64,000 nucleotides of DNA from Candidatus Latescibacterota bacterium (GCA_965203175.1 OZ241867.1:2176001-2240000), one strand, 5' to 3'. Shown: positions 45,923 through 55,715, counted from the first letter of the stretch. Numbers and translations: made by a program. The notes: generated from the letters alone by a model not told the origin.

Positions 45923-46408
45923 TTAGTTGGAACTCGCAGGGGGATTTGGATCGGGGTGGATCGGATCAATCCAATACACTTCTTCGGGTTCTTCAACAGC
46001 CAGAATGTCCAGATTCACGACCACGGGCTCCTGATCGCTGCGCACCAGCACGCATTCCAAAGGTTCATCCCGACTGGCATTGATCTCCTGATGCGGCACG
46101 TAGGGCGGCACGTAGATAAAATCACCTGGCCCTGCTTCTGCCACGTACTCCAATTGATTGCCCCACCGCATTCGCACCTTGCCGCGCACCACGTAAATCA
46201 CGCTTTCCAAGGCCCCGTGATGGTGCGCTCCAGTCTTTGCATTGGGATGAATCTCAACCGTACCTGCCCAGAGCTTTTCGGCGCCCGCACTTGCGCGATT
46301 GATCGCCGCTGCACGCGTCATCCCCGGCGTCTGTGGCGTATTGAAATCCAACCGCTCACTCGTCACCACCCGCACCCCGTGATTCCGCCAGTCCTTTTTG
46401 TCGTCCAC
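45923..46408 (-). CDS. Cupin domain protein
   Basis: TGAHHHG.LESVIYV..G, GDFIYVPPYVPHQEIN. Confidence 0.92.
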   Translation of the reverse strand: MDDKKDWRNHGVRVVTSERLDFNTPQTPGMTRAAAINRASAGAEKLWAGTVEIHPNAKTGAHHHGALESVIYVVRGKVRMRWGNQLEYVAEAGPGDFIYVPPYVPHQEINASRDEPLECVLVRSDQEPVVVNLDILAVEEPEEVYWIDPIHPDPNPPASSN

Positions 46409-46457
46409 GATACGGCACTCCTAAAATGAGAGAATGGAAGTCGCGTTTGAGAAGTTC

Positions 46458-47216
46458 CTATAATGAAAGGATCTCCCGCACCAGCACCAGGATACTCGCG
46501 ACGGCGATGACGCTGACGACCGCTTGGCGAAAGACCTTTTCGTTCATCCGTCCGGTCAGGCGGACCGATAGCCAGTACCCGAGAATCATCCCCGGGACTA
46601 CGGCAACTATCAGGATGAGGCGTTCTGCCGTAAGCAGTCCTTGCGCGACGTAGCCGATGGCGGCCGTGCAGTACATGGTAGTGAAGAAGAACGCCATGGA
46701 AGACCGGACGCCCTGACGTTCCATGCCGCGTCCGATGAAAAACAGGACGAGCAGTGGGCCGCCGATGGCAAGCCCGGTGACCATGGCGGCCACCCCAAAG
46801 CCCAGCATCGGACCGGTGATCTGTGGTTTGGGAATGCGCCACTCGGTCTTGACCACAACGAGCACCGTGAGCATCAGAACGAGCGCGCTTATGGCGATTC
46901 GTAGCGCCGACGGGTCCAGGGAGGCGAGGGCGTACGCCCCGATTGGCGCGCCGAGAGCACCGGCGACGGCTGTTGGGGCGAGTTCGCGATAGGGGACGTG
47001 GTCGCGGGTTTCGATGAGAACGAGCCCGAACGCGACGACGGCCACGGCATTGATCGTAACTACGACCGTCTGCGGATCGAGGAACAGAAGCAGGACCGGT
47101 GTAGTGGTGAGACCGAAGCCAAAGCCAACGGCACCGATGGCGAACCCAGCGACGATCAGCACCAACGCCGCTATGGCGATCTCAATCGGGATCGGTATCA
47201 GGGACTGTCCCACCAT
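46458..47216 (-). CDS. Sulfite exporter TauE/SafE family protein
   Basis: AGF..GAVGFGFGL...P, about 8 TM helices, IGGPLLV. Confidence 0.88.
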   Translation of the reverse strand: MVGQSLIPIPIEIAIAALVLIVAGFAIGAVGFGFGLTTTPVLLLFLDPQTVVVTINAVAVVAFGLVLIETRDHVPYRELAPTAVAGALGAPIGAYALASLDPSALRIAISALVLMLTVLVVVKTEWRIPKPQITGPMLGFGVAAMVTGLAIGGPLLVLFFIGRGMERQGVRSSMAFFFTTMYCTAAIGYVAQGLLTAERLILIVAVVPGMILGYWLSVRLTGRMNEKVFRQAVVSVIAVASILVLVREILSL

Positions 47217-47252
47217 ACCATGTCGTAGTCGCCGAGAGCATCCCGGTTTTCC

Positions 47253-50021
47253 CTACAGGCTCCGCTCTAGCCCAGCCTCCAGCGCCGCTTCGATCCGCGC
47301 CCTCGTTTCATCGAGGTGGGCCCGGCTGTACGCGTCCAGGCCGCCGCCGTCCAGCCGCGCCTCGATCCCTGCAGCGATGGTCTGCAAATCCGCCCGGGCC
47401 AAGGTGCGGGCGTCTTCGGGCGTGCCGTAGGCGGGCCTGAGCACCAGACCGATTAGTTTTTGTAGCTGTGCCCGCTGCAAGTTGCGGCGAAAGCTGTCGA
47501 TGGAGTCGCCCGTCTCCAACTCCGCCCAGATGGCCTGCCGCAGTCCGGTGAACAGATCAACCATCCCGAAGGTCTCGTCGCCTTCGTAGCGCAGTTCCAG
47601 ATCCTGTAGCCGGCTCAACAGAGTTGGATCGTAGAACCGGTCGAGTGGCTGCCGTTGGATGCTCAGCACCCTATCGTGGATAGGATAGTCGATCCGCCGC
47701 ACGTCGAACACCGACCAAGTGAAATCGACCCAGCGCTCTGGTGCCAGCTTGTTGAGCAGTTCCGGCGACCAGCGGAAGGCGTCCGGCCCGAACACGTGTT
47801 CCACCAGAAAGTCGAGCGCCTCCCGCTGCCGGGCAGGCGGCACTGGCTGTAGGGGGAGTCGTCCATCGCCCACGTGGTCGCGGTAGTGATAGATACCACC
47901 GATGTAGCGGCTGACATTGCCCGCCCCCGAAAAGTAGGGCCTAAAGCCCCAGCCGAATACCCGCCGCAGGGTTTGGTAGCGCTCGCCCTTCTGCTCGAAT
48001 TTGTCTTCCACTTTGGCCCACAGTTCTTTTGACAGGGCGATCTGGTCGCGGTAGTGGGCAATTGGGTCGTCGCGCAAATCCCAGCGCGCTGCGCTCGGGT
48101 CGATTCCCCGAGTCCAGTATAGGGCGTCTTCGTCCGTGCCGTAGGCTAGATCTTTCTCTGCGACTTGGCTGGCGATCTTGTCCAGTTGGGCCCGCTCGCT
48201 TGCAGGACTGTCTGTCTCTACTGGCCGGTAGGCGTATTCAATAGCCCAGTAGTCGTACGGCCCCAGCGTCGTCTGATAGTACTCGCCCTGCTCGTGGCCC
48301 TCTGGGGCGATGTTGACCGGGTTGTAGTCCATTACCGAACTGGAGATGCCCTCTTTGTCGGTGACGCGGCGGTCGTGTAGCTCGTCGAGCGCGTGGATAG
48401 TGCTGCCTTTGAAATTGTGCCGCAGGCCGAGGGTGTGGCCCACTTCGTGTGCTATCAACTCGACGATTAGCTGACGGATGAATTCCTTTTCGTCCACCTC
48501 GCCTCCACCGGCTGCGGCCCGCGCTTCCAGCAAGTGCCACCCGAAAGCGGCCTCCTGCCTCAGCCCGTCGGCCATATCGCAGAATCCTCTGTTGTGCCCC
48601 ATAGCTGCGGCGGGCGAAGGCGCAGTGAAGTCCCCGCTGGCCCAAGGTCCCCGGTCTACAGGATCGACGAGTTCGGTGAACTCTAAGTAGGCGTAGCGCA
48701 CAAAATCCGCGCTGATGCGGATATCGGCGTCGAAAATCTCGCCGGTAAAGGGATTGGTGCGCGATGGGCCTACTGCGTACCCTTGGCCGGGCTGCACCAT
48801 CCAGCGCACCACGTTGTAGCGCGCATCGGCCGCGTCCCACTCGGCGTCGTCCGGCTGCTGCTTGGCCTCAATCGCTCCCTCAAAGCCGAGTGGCTCGAAC
48901 GCCTTGTTCCACACTAGGATCCCCTCCCGCACGGCGTCTCGGTACTCTGGTGGAATCGTGTTTTCCAGCCAGAACACAATCGGCTTTTTGGGCGGCGACT
49001 GGTCGAATTTGGGCTCGGCTTTCTCTAGGTGCCAGCGATTGACGTAGCGCACGTACGGGTCGTCATTGAGCACTGAGGTGTAGTCTTGGTGCAAGGTGGT
49101 GAAGTGCCCCACTCGGTCGTCGGCCAAGCGCGGGCGGAAATCCGATTCGGGTAGGCTGGACAGGCTGTAGTGGTAGATGTGCTGGAAACTGCGCGTATCT
49201 GCTAGGGTGGGGATGTCCATTCTGGGCGAATTGGATTTAAAGTGTAGCACCACGTCGATCTCAGTATTGTGCGGAAAATTCTTTAGCGCGCCGAAATAGC
49301 TGTTGTCGTTGTCGAAGCTATACGAACCCTCTTTGAGGTATCTGCTGAAGAAGGAACTTACCGAGGCGATGTCCTGAACGAAGAAATCGTTTGGGTCCAC
49401 CAGCACCGCGCCGGTCTCGGGATGGGGCTGCCCTTCAATGCTGCCGACGCCGAGGATCGAGTCGGACAGGCCTCGGTCCACGGCTCGGTGGATGGCAGCG
49501 TCTGGCTCGGCCCGGTAGTACACATTCTTGTGGGCGAAGAATACTTTTTTGCCGACTCGCTGAAAGACAAAGGGAAACGTGCCCCAGCCTCGACCGATGG
49601 AGACTAGCGAAGCCGAATCAAAGAAGTAGCCGTCGCCCTGCGTGCGCGTGATGCTGCACAGGTAGATCTGGTCGAACTGATCGGGCCGAATGGCCAAGAA
49701 CACTTTGTTCTCCTCTGGATCCCGGTACAGCTCGAACAGGCCTTCGATCTTGTCGAAGTCCTTGATTACTTTTGAAAATTTGGGGCCTTTGTCTTCTTCG
49801 TCTTCTTCGTCTTCTTCGTCCTCCTTGTCCTCTTTGTCCTTTTCGTCTTCTTCGTCCTTTTCCTTGTCGGCGGCCTCTTCCTCGACGGTTTCCTCTTTTG
49901 CTTCCTCCGCCCAGACGGTCCCCGTCCCCCATAAGCCGAGGATGGCGACCAGCAATATCCATTTGAATGCGCGCACAGTATTACTCAGTTCCATCTCAAT
50001 GCACCTCGCGGTTTGGATCAT
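47253..50021 (-). CDS. Secreted zinc metalloprotease (DUF5117/DUF5118/DUF4953, MMP-like)
   Basis: Signal peptide, acidic low-complexity linker, PRLADDRVGHF, AHEVGHTLGLRHNF (HExxHxxGxxH), SSVMDY Met-turn, GPYDYWAIEYAY; start may be 49994. Confidence 0.92.
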   Translation of the reverse strand: MIQTARCIEMELSNTVRAFKWILLVAILGLWGTGTVWAEEAKEETVEEEAADKEKDEEDEKDKEDKEDEEDEEDEEDKGPKFSKVIKDFDKIEGLFELYRDPEENKVFLAIRPDQFDQIYLCSITRTQGDGYFFDSASLVSIGRGWGTFPFVFQRVGKKVFFAHKNVYYRAEPDAAIHRAVDRGLSDSILGVGSIEGQPHPETGAVLVDPNDFFVQDIASVSSFFSRYLKEGSYSFDNDNSYFGALKNFPHNTEIDVVLHFKSNSPRMDIPTLADTRSFQHIYHYSLSSLPESDFRPRLADDRVGHFTTLHQDYTSVLNDDPYVRYVNRWHLEKAEPKFDQSPPKKPIVFWLENTIPPEYRDAVREGILVWNKAFEPLGFEGAIEAKQQPDDAEWDAADARYNVVRWMVQPGQGYAVGPSRTNPFTGEIFDADIRISADFVRYAYLEFTELVDPVDRGPWASGDFTAPSPAAAMGHNRGFCDMADGLRQEAAFGWHLLEARAAAGGGEVDEKEFIRQLIVELIAHEVGHTLGLRHNFKGSTIHALDELHDRRVTDKEGISSSVMDYNPVNIAPEGHEQGEYYQTTLGPYDYWAIEYAYRPVETDSPASERAQLDKIASQVAEKDLAYGTDEDALYWTRGIDPSAARWDLRDDPIAHYRDQIALSKELWAKVEDKFEQKGERYQTLRRVFGWGFRPYFSGAGNVSRYIGGIYHYRDHVGDGRLPLQPVPPARQREALDFLVEHVFGPDAFRWSPELLNKLAPERWVDFTWSVFDVRRIDYPIHDRVLSIQRQPLDRFYDPTLLSRLQDLELRYEGDETFGMVDLFTGLRQAIWAELETGDSIDSFRRNLQRAQLQKLIGLVLRPAYGTPEDARTLARADLQTIAAGIEARLDGGGLDAYSRAHLDETRARIEAALEAGLERSL

Positions 50022-50440
50022 TCACAGTAAACTCGGACCTTGTCGTCCCCGTCGTGGATATTGACCTCGATCTCGCTTAGAGCGTCGATTAGCTGCTCTA
50101 GATCCTCAGCTCGCAGGTTGTCAATGTCAACGTTGATGCCGCTTTTCTTCATCTTCTTCTTGATTCCTTTCTCCGCCTTTTCCGGGAGCAAGGTGTGTAG
50201 CTTGACTCCGGCCTTGATCAACGCCAGCGGCACTCGGACGTCGATGTGCTCATCATCGTCCGAGTCGATGGTGACTCTCAGATACCGCCGGGCTGATCCC
50301 ACGCTTGGGGATGCTAGCGGCTGCATCGCTGTGGTCTCCTTTGGCTCCTCGTCAACGAGGGAGAGCAGGCGCTCGGCCTCATCGACGGACACCTTGCCCT
50401 CTGATAGCATCTCAAGTACGCGTCTGCTGTTTTCGTTCAT
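50018..50440 (-). CDS. SHOCT-like/YvlB-N domain protein
   Basis: RRVLEMLSEGKVSVDEAERLL, RYLRV.I, VRVPLALI, VRVYCE. Confidence 0.82.
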   Translation of the reverse strand: MNENSRRVLEMLSEGKVSVDEAERLLSLVDEEPKETTAMQPLASPSVGSARRYLRVTIDSDDDEHIDVRVPLALIKAGVKLHTLLPEKAEKGIKKKMKKSGINVDIDNLRAEDLEQLIDALSEIEVNIHDGDDKVRVYCE

Positions 50441-50464
50441 GGTTGTTCTCCTTTTTGTGTCTGG

Positions 50465-51553
50465 CTATTGAATTGTAACGGAGCCGTTCACGGTTTTGGC
50501 GCTCAGTCCGGCCTCGCCTTCGCCCACTGCCCCCTTGAGTATTTGGCGCTTTTCGACCGACGCGACGAAGCCTGGCACCTCGCAGCGGACTCGCCCGTTG
50601 ACCGTTGCAGCCGTCAGCTTGAGGCTCGGGTCGTCGTCCAGAGCTACTTTGATATTGCCGTTTGTGGTGTATAGTGTGCTGCCGTCTCCGGGCTCGATGC
50701 TCCCCTGAAGCTTTATCGATCCATTGGTCGTCCGCGCATCGAAGCGGCCATGTGCGTCCTCAATGGACACGCGGCTGTTCGAGGTATAAAGCTCTGCCGA
50801 GCCGGAGAGCGTCTTGACCGTGATCGGGGCGTTCTTGGTCGTCGCTTTTAGGTCGCCCTTGAATTGTTCGACCCTTATAGGCCCGTTCTTGGTATGCACC
50901 GTCCCACTGCTTGCCGTTCCTTGGAGTTCCACCGGACCGTTGCCCGTTGCCAAGTCAACGCTAGTCGCGACGGGTACAGTAACCTCAATGTTTGCTCCGG
51001 CGTGCTGGCGAGAGAATCCGCGTAGGAATTCCTCGGATTGCTTATGCGGCTGATACGGCTTGGCCTCGACCGTGACGAGGTCGCCTTCCTGCACGGCGCT
51101 GTACTTGATTTCGTGGGGTTTTTTCAGCCTCGTCCGCACGCGAATCGAGCCGGGTTCGCCGGCGCGGACCCGAATGCGGCCGTTGAAGCCGCGCACTACG
51201 AGGCGCGGGTTGTCACCCACGGCGAACGTGTCGTCGCGCATGGAGGTCTTGCCGTCTTCGTCGCGGTCGCTGTCTTCGCTCTCTGACCACCCGGACAGAG
51301 ACTCTTCAAGTCCTGCGAGTCCTTCTTCGAGTCCTTTTTCGATTTCTTCACCGAGTCCTTCGAGGGAGTCTTGCAGCGCCTCAACGCCAGGTATCGGAGA
51401 TATCGGATCATTAATTCTACGCCTTCTGCGCTTCTTGCGAGTTTCGGCGCGGTGGGAGTCTTGCAGCGCCTCTAGGAGACGCTCAGCCTCTTCTACGGTG
51501 ACCTTCCCCGCCGAAAGCATGTCGAGGACTTTGCGTCGTTCTTCAGTCATCAC
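50465..51553 (-). CDS. SHOCT-like + DUF4097 (toastrack) beta-strand repeat protein, LiaX/YvlB-like
   Basis: EERRKVLDMLSAGKVTVEEAERLLEAL; repeats T.NG.I/V (TGNGPV, TKNGPI, TTNGSI, TVNGSV). Confidence 0.88.
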   Translation of the reverse strand: MMTEERRKVLDMLSAGKVTVEEAERLLEALQDSHRAETRKKRRRRRINDPISPIPGVEALQDSLEGLGEEIEKGLEEGLAGLEESLSGWSESEDSDRDEDGKTSMRDDTFAVGDNPRLVVRGFNGRIRVRAGEPGSIRVRTRLKKPHEIKYSAVQEGDLVTVEAKPYQPHKQSEEFLRGFSRQHAGANIEVTVPVATSVDLATGNGPVELQGTASSGTVHTKNGPIRVEQFKGDLKATTKNAPITVKTLSGSAELYTSNSRVSIEDAHGRFDARTTNGSIKLQGSIEPGDGSTLYTTNGNIKVALDDDPSLKLTAATVNGRVRCEVPGFVASVEKRQILKGAVGEGEAGLSAKTVNGSVTIQ

Positions 51554-51559
51554 ATCCTC

Positions 51560-51835
51560 CTAGTCGATTGAAATGAACACGCGATCCTCGCCAGAGGCTA
51601 CGTCGCAGCGCAGGCCGCGCAGCGAGGCAAGCACGTATAGGAGCAAAGGGCCAGCCAGCAGGACGGAACGGCTCCGAGCGCGATGCCCCGAGCGCGCCGC
51701 TACTAGTAATGCAACAGGTGTCCCTAGCAGCACCACGACGACAACGAGCGGCCATAGCACTATGAGCGGGATCCACAGCCGAATGCGGCGCTTGTCGCCT
51801 TGGACTCGCAATCTCAGGAACATGGGTGGCAGCAT
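51560..51835 (-). CDS. Small membrane protein of the DUF2089 operon
   Basis: PPMFLRLRV...IRLWIPLIVLWPL, LRGLRCDV; overlaps the DUF2089 stop. Confidence 0.75.
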   Translation of the reverse strand: MLPPMFLRLRVQGDKRRIRLWIPLIVLWPLVVVVVLLGTPVALLVAARSGHRARSRSVLLAGPLLLYVLASLRGLRCDVASGEDRVFISID

Positions 51836-52224
51836 TAGGAGAGCCTCCGCAGCGCCTCTTCGACGTCAATTTCGCCGCGTTCCAAGCTGTCGAGTACTAC
51901 CGCTGATTGGGGATTCGAGCGCGGAGTGCTAGCCGATTCCGCGGTTTGAGTCACCGTCTCGACCAACGGTAGCTGCTCGGCAATGGCATCCAGTCGGTTT
52001 TTGACCGTCGGATAGCTGATGCCAAATATGCGCTCCATTTCCTTGATTGAGCCGTGGATTTGGACGAAGGCCATTACGAATACTTGGTCCTCGGCGGAAA
52101 GACGCGCCAGAACGGGCGGCTCGAATTGCCCTTCGATCGCGATGGCGCTGTCCGGCAGGGAAACCCGCTCTACCACGATACGCGCCCCCTTCGTCAGATC
52201 GGTTAGCTCTTTCCAGTCTTTGAT
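51835..52224 (-). CDS. DUF2089 family HTH protein (Cys-less variant); probable ATC start
   Basis: IEGQFEPPVLARLSAEDQVFV.AF...GSIKEMERIFGISYPTVKNRLD; in-frame ATC at 52224 lies 7 nt after GGAGG. ORF track starts at GTG 52176. Confidence 0.85.
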   Translation of the reverse strand: MKDWKELTDLTKGARIVVERVSLPDSAIAIEGQFEPPVLARLSAEDQVFVMAFVQIHGSIKEMERIFGISYPTVKNRLDAIAEQLPLVETVTQTAESASTPRSNPQSAVVLDSLERGEIDVEEALRRLS

Positions 52225-52236
52225 GGCAAAACCTCC

Positions 52237-52322
52237 AAATGGTTAAATTTAGACGTAATTATAGCTATATTTTTAAAAAAATCAATAATAAAATTGAAAA
52301 AATTAACTTTCTTAAAAGAATA
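52237..52322 (-). promoter_or_regulatory. AT-rich promoter/operator of DUF2089 operon 2
   Basis: A/T tract; minus-strand TTGATT-N16-TATAAT (52285..52258); TCAAT-N6-ATTGA inverted repeat. Confidence 0.6.
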
Positions 52323-52347
52323 GACAGGAATCGGAGAGGTTTTGGAG

Positions 52348-53460
52348 CTATTCTTCCACGGCTGCGGACACCGCATTGGAAACCCGCCGCAGCAAGCTTC
52401 CGTTGGCGACCATTTGGTTGGTCAGTACCACGCAGCTTAGTTGGTGCTCTGCGTCCGCCCACGCCACCGTGCCAGTCGCCCCGGTGTGGCCGAAGGTGTG
52501 CTGCGACACCAGATCGCCCCAAAAGGCCCACACCCGCGCCCCGCACACGCCCCACCCAAGGCCCCACGGTGCATTGAGCGTGCCATTTTGATCCCTCGTC
52601 ATCGCTGCGACTGCGGCCGGGCTAAAGATGCGGTGGTCGCCGTATGCGCCGCGGTTGAGCATGGTTTGCAAGAGGATCGCCAGATCGCGTCCGGTGCTGT
52701 GCATGCCGCCCCACGGTGCTCCGAAATCGCGCCAGTACGGGGAATTCCACCCCCAGCTCCGCAATTCGTCGTCCTCTTCGGTGTCCGTCCCGCACCACAC
52801 GGTATCTTCAATAGCCCAATCGCCTATGCCCAATGCGCTGCGCTCCATGCTCAGCGGCGCGAAAATTTCCTCGCGTTCAAAATCGCGCAACCGCTGGCCG
52901 CTAACGCGCTCGACGATTGCGGCTGCCAGCAGGATGCCCTTGCTCTGGTAGCGGAAATCGGTCGCTGGTTTGTAGAGCAGGGGCGTCTGCATGGCCCGCT
53001 CGACAAAGACCTCTACCGGCTCGTGTGCCCGCCGCAGGCTGGTGTTCTCCGGTAGCATGTCGGGCATACCCGATATGTGCGATAGCAGGTGGCGGACCTT
53101 GATGTCGGGCCGGTCGCCGCCTGTGAACTCGGGCAGGTAGTCGATGGCTGGGTCTTCGAGTGAGATCAGGCCGCGGTCGACGAGGATCATCAGCGCGCAA
53201 GCGGTGACCGGTTTGGTGATCGACGCGAGGAGAAAGATCGAATCCGCATCGACCGGCTGGTCTGCGTTAGGTTTGCGCTGGCCAGCCCCGCGTGCGAAGA
53301 CCTCTTTGCCGTGCCGCGCTACTGTCAGGGAGGCCGCGCTGATCTGGCCCGCTTCGATAGCAGCCGTGAGCAGGCCGAAGGCGCGTTCGAGTTGCTCAGC
53401 CGACATGCCGACAGCCGCTGGGTCGCCCGTTTGCAAAACCGTTCCGTCTGTTGCCATCAT
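52348..53460 (-). CDS. Serine hydrolase, beta-lactamase (class C-like) family
   Basis: ASITK (SxxK), LLSHISG, FRYQS, GGMHST.RDL, FGHTGATG. Confidence 0.92.
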   Translation of the reverse strand: MMATDGTVLQTGDPAAVGMSAEQLERAFGLLTAAIEAGQISAASLTVARHGKEVFARGAGQRKPNADQPVDADSIFLLASITKPVTACALMILVDRGLISLEDPAIDYLPEFTGGDRPDIKVRHLLSHISGMPDMLPENTSLRRAHEPVEVFVERAMQTPLLYKPATDFRYQSKGILLAAAIVERVSGQRLRDFEREEIFAPLSMERSALGIGDWAIEDTVWCGTDTEEDDELRSWGWNSPYWRDFGAPWGGMHSTGRDLAILLQTMLNRGAYGDHRIFSPAAVAAMTRDQNGTLNAPWGLGWGVCGARVWAFWGDLVSQHTFGHTGATGTVAWADAEHQLSCVVLTNQMVANGSLLRRVSNAVSAAVEE

Positions 53461-53492
53461 GTTCCCTTTCTTTAGGTATATAAGGCGCAACA

Positions 53493-54212
53493 TTAATCAA
53501 CTAATCCGACCACTTCCCTCAACCCCGTCACCACTTGCACCCCGTCCTCTATCCATGCTGGCGGAGAGCTATCCGCGCCGAGCGACCGACGAATCAACAC
53601 CGGCCTGAGCCCCGCTGCCCTAGCCCCTGCTACGTCGTCTTCCGGTGAATCGCCGACAAAGAGCGCCTCGTCCGTCGCCAACCCCGTCTGCTCCAGTGCC
53701 GGGGCAAAGATCGCCGGGTCGGGCTTTTTGACGCCGACATCGCCGGAGACGACCACTGCGTCGAAAAAGGGGCGCAACGCCAGTTCGTCTAGCAAGCGAT
53801 GGACGTGCGGCGGATGGTCGAAGTTGGAGATCAGTGCCAGCTTGTAGCGGCCTTGCAACTCGCCGAGCACGCTTTTGGCCTCTGGGTCGAGCGGCGTATG
53901 TGCGTGCCACGCCGCTATGCTCGCCTCGCTGATCCGTCGCAATTCCTCCACTTCCAACTCCACTTCCAACTCCCCGACCAACAAGCGCATGCGACGCTCG
54001 TACACTGTCAGTCCGTCGTCCTGCACCGGCGGCTCGGGTTGGAGCAAGAATTCCTCGCATACTCGGATCAATGTTTCTTCGTCAAACGCACGGCCACTAG
54101 CGACCAACTCGCGGCGTATGGCATGGAACCAACTCTCTCCCGCAGCTTCCATATTGCCGTAGCACAACAGGGTGCCGTATAGATCGAAGAATACTCCTCG
54201 TATTTCAGTCAT
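53493..54212 (-). CDS. HAD-superfamily hydrolase
   Basis: FFDLYGTL, LISNFD, KKPDPAIF, FVGDSPEDDV.GA. Confidence 0.92.
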   Translation of the reverse strand: MTEIRGVFFDLYGTLLCYGNMEAAGESWFHAIRRELVASGRAFDEETLIRVCEEFLLQPEPPVQDDGLTVYERRMRLLVGELEVELEVEELRRISEASIAAWHAHTPLDPEAKSVLGELQGRYKLALISNFDHPPHVHRLLDELALRPFFDAVVVSGDVGVKKPDPAIFAPALEQTGLATDEALFVGDSPEDDVAGARAAGLRPVLIRRSLGADSSPPAWIEDGVQVVTGLREVVGLVD

Positions 54213-54284
54213 TGATGTCTTTCTAATTCGGCTTAGGGCGGATTTGCCCGCGTCCCGCAATTAGATAGCGTCTGCGCGGCGCAA

Positions 54285-54920
54285 TCACAACTGTTTCCCC
54301 ACCCACAGGGCACCTCGGCGCACCACTTCTTGGAAGGAAGGGTTTTCCAGCACTGCGTTGTCGTGGCCCAAGGCAAAGAAGAACACTCGGCCCCGACCAT
54401 AGGTGTGATGATAGGCCATGACGTGGGTCTCGTCGCGGCCGGGGTCATAGGCGTGTATGAGGTGATGCGAGCGGCTTGGATCGTGCTTGAGGTAGTGCAA
54501 TTCGTCGGTCACGGCAAAGTCTTTGAGGCCGGCGGCAATGGGATGGTCGGAGTCGGAGATGGCGACGGTGAAATCCATGTACGGGCTGTGGCCGTTGAAA
54601 AAGCCGTTGAGCATTTGGTGATAGCCGGCATTGTCGCGGAAGGAAGCGTCTGCGGTGTGCAGGCCGAAGAACCCGCCGCCGCGTTCGATAAAGTGCAAAA
54701 GCCCCTGTTCCTGGGCTTGGGTGAAGAGGCCGACATCGGTGAAGAAGAGGGTGGTGTCGTACGCGGCGAGGCCGTTGGCCATGACCTCGTAGTCGCGCGA
54801 GAAATCGGCCTCGATCTGGGCGTCTTGGTTCAGCAGGTCGGTTAGAAATCGGCCCTGGCCTTCGTGGTCGTGGTAGATGCCTTCGGTGCCGACGAATACT
54901 AATAGTTTAACGGGAGCCAT
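54285..54920 (-). CDS. ThuA-domain (trehalose utilisation/glutamine amidotransferase-like) protein
   Basis: HDHE, GGGFFGLH.A, F.GH, HPI, DELH, YGRGRVFF.ALGHD. Confidence 0.88.
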   Translation of the reverse strand: MAPVKLLVFVGTEGIYHDHEGQGRFLTDLLNQDAQIEADFSRDYEVMANGLAAYDTTLFFTDVGLFTQAQEQGLLHFIERGGGFFGLHTADASFRDNAGYHQMLNGFFNGHSPYMDFTVAISDSDHPIAAGLKDFAVTDELHYLKHDPSRSHHLIHAYDPGRDETHVMAYHHTYGRGRVFFFALGHDNAVLENPSFQEVVRRGALWVGKQL

Positions 54921-54947
54921 GACGGGTTCCTCCTTTTAGTCTTAGGG

Positions 54948-55550
54948 CTAATCGGGAGCGGCCGCGGATTTTTCCCAGGGCCGGATAAAGGATTCAGGCT
55001 CGACGCCCAAGGCGTCTGCCACGCGGTTGATATAGTTGAAAAAGCCGATGATCTGGACGGCGTCGTGGATGCCGCGATCGTCAAAGCCGTGCTGACGCAA
55101 TTGGTCGATGTCCTCAGCGGTTGAGTCATGGGGGCGCTGGGTCAGTTTTTCGGCAAAGACGCATAGGGCATGGTCGGCTGGCGATAGATCGGCACGGCGC
55201 CAGTCCGCAGATAATTGGTGTACCAGCCGATCGGCCGGGGTTCCTTCTTCAATGGCAAAATCGCGAGCGACCTCAGCCCGGAGGTCGTGGGCGTGGGAGC
55301 GTAGTCAGTACACGCAATGGTTCGCGGCCGAAACGACCACGGCCAGCATTTCGCGCTGGCCTCGGCTCAGGGGTGAAGGGCCGTACATGAGGGTCTTGTA
55401 AAAATCCATTGATACCCTCATGGCCCGGGGGTTGGGGCTCATAATGGAGACAATGCCCCAAATGCGCCCGGCCCGAGCGAGGGCGGCTTCGTACTGCTTT
55501 TTGAGTAGGCCGGTGGCCCGTTTTAGGGGAATGATGTCTATATAGGGCAT
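54948..55550 (-). CDS. AhpD/CMD-like peroxidase-related selenoprotein (CxxU)
   Basis: ORF-track 55305..55550 ends LSRGQREMLAVVVSAANHCVY-TGA; the frame continues LRSHAHDLRAEV...FAEKLT..P...DIDQLRQHGFDDRGIHDAVQIIGFFNYINRVADALGVEPE to TAG at 54948; SECIS-like hairpin follows the TGA. Confidence 0.85.
55268..55287 (-). promoter_or_regulatory. Bacterial SECIS element
   Basis: mRNA: UGA + 17 nt + CGACCUC-CGGGCU-GAGGUCG (7-bp stem, G-containing loop). Confidence 0.7.
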
Positions 55551-55715
55551 TTGCTGATCACCTCTGCGAGGACGTAACTACGCATTTGGCTGCCATGGCA
55601 AAATTTGTGACATTGTTGCGAGTTTTCAGCTTGCAACTGGAGATCACTACCGCGTCGAAAAAGGGACGCAACGCCACCTAGCGCAACAACGCGCCATATA
55701 GAAGGAGCCGTTTCC

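Noticed and set aside
49780-49900. TCTTCTTCG-type short tandem repeats as a contingency locus
   Set aside because: Units are multiples of 3 encoding an acidic linker, so no phase-variation frameshift is expected.
55305-55550. 81-aa stand-alone ORF or nonsense pseudogene
   Set aside because: TGA at a catalytic Cys position plus a SECIS-like hairpin and an intact downstream frame favour Sec read-through.
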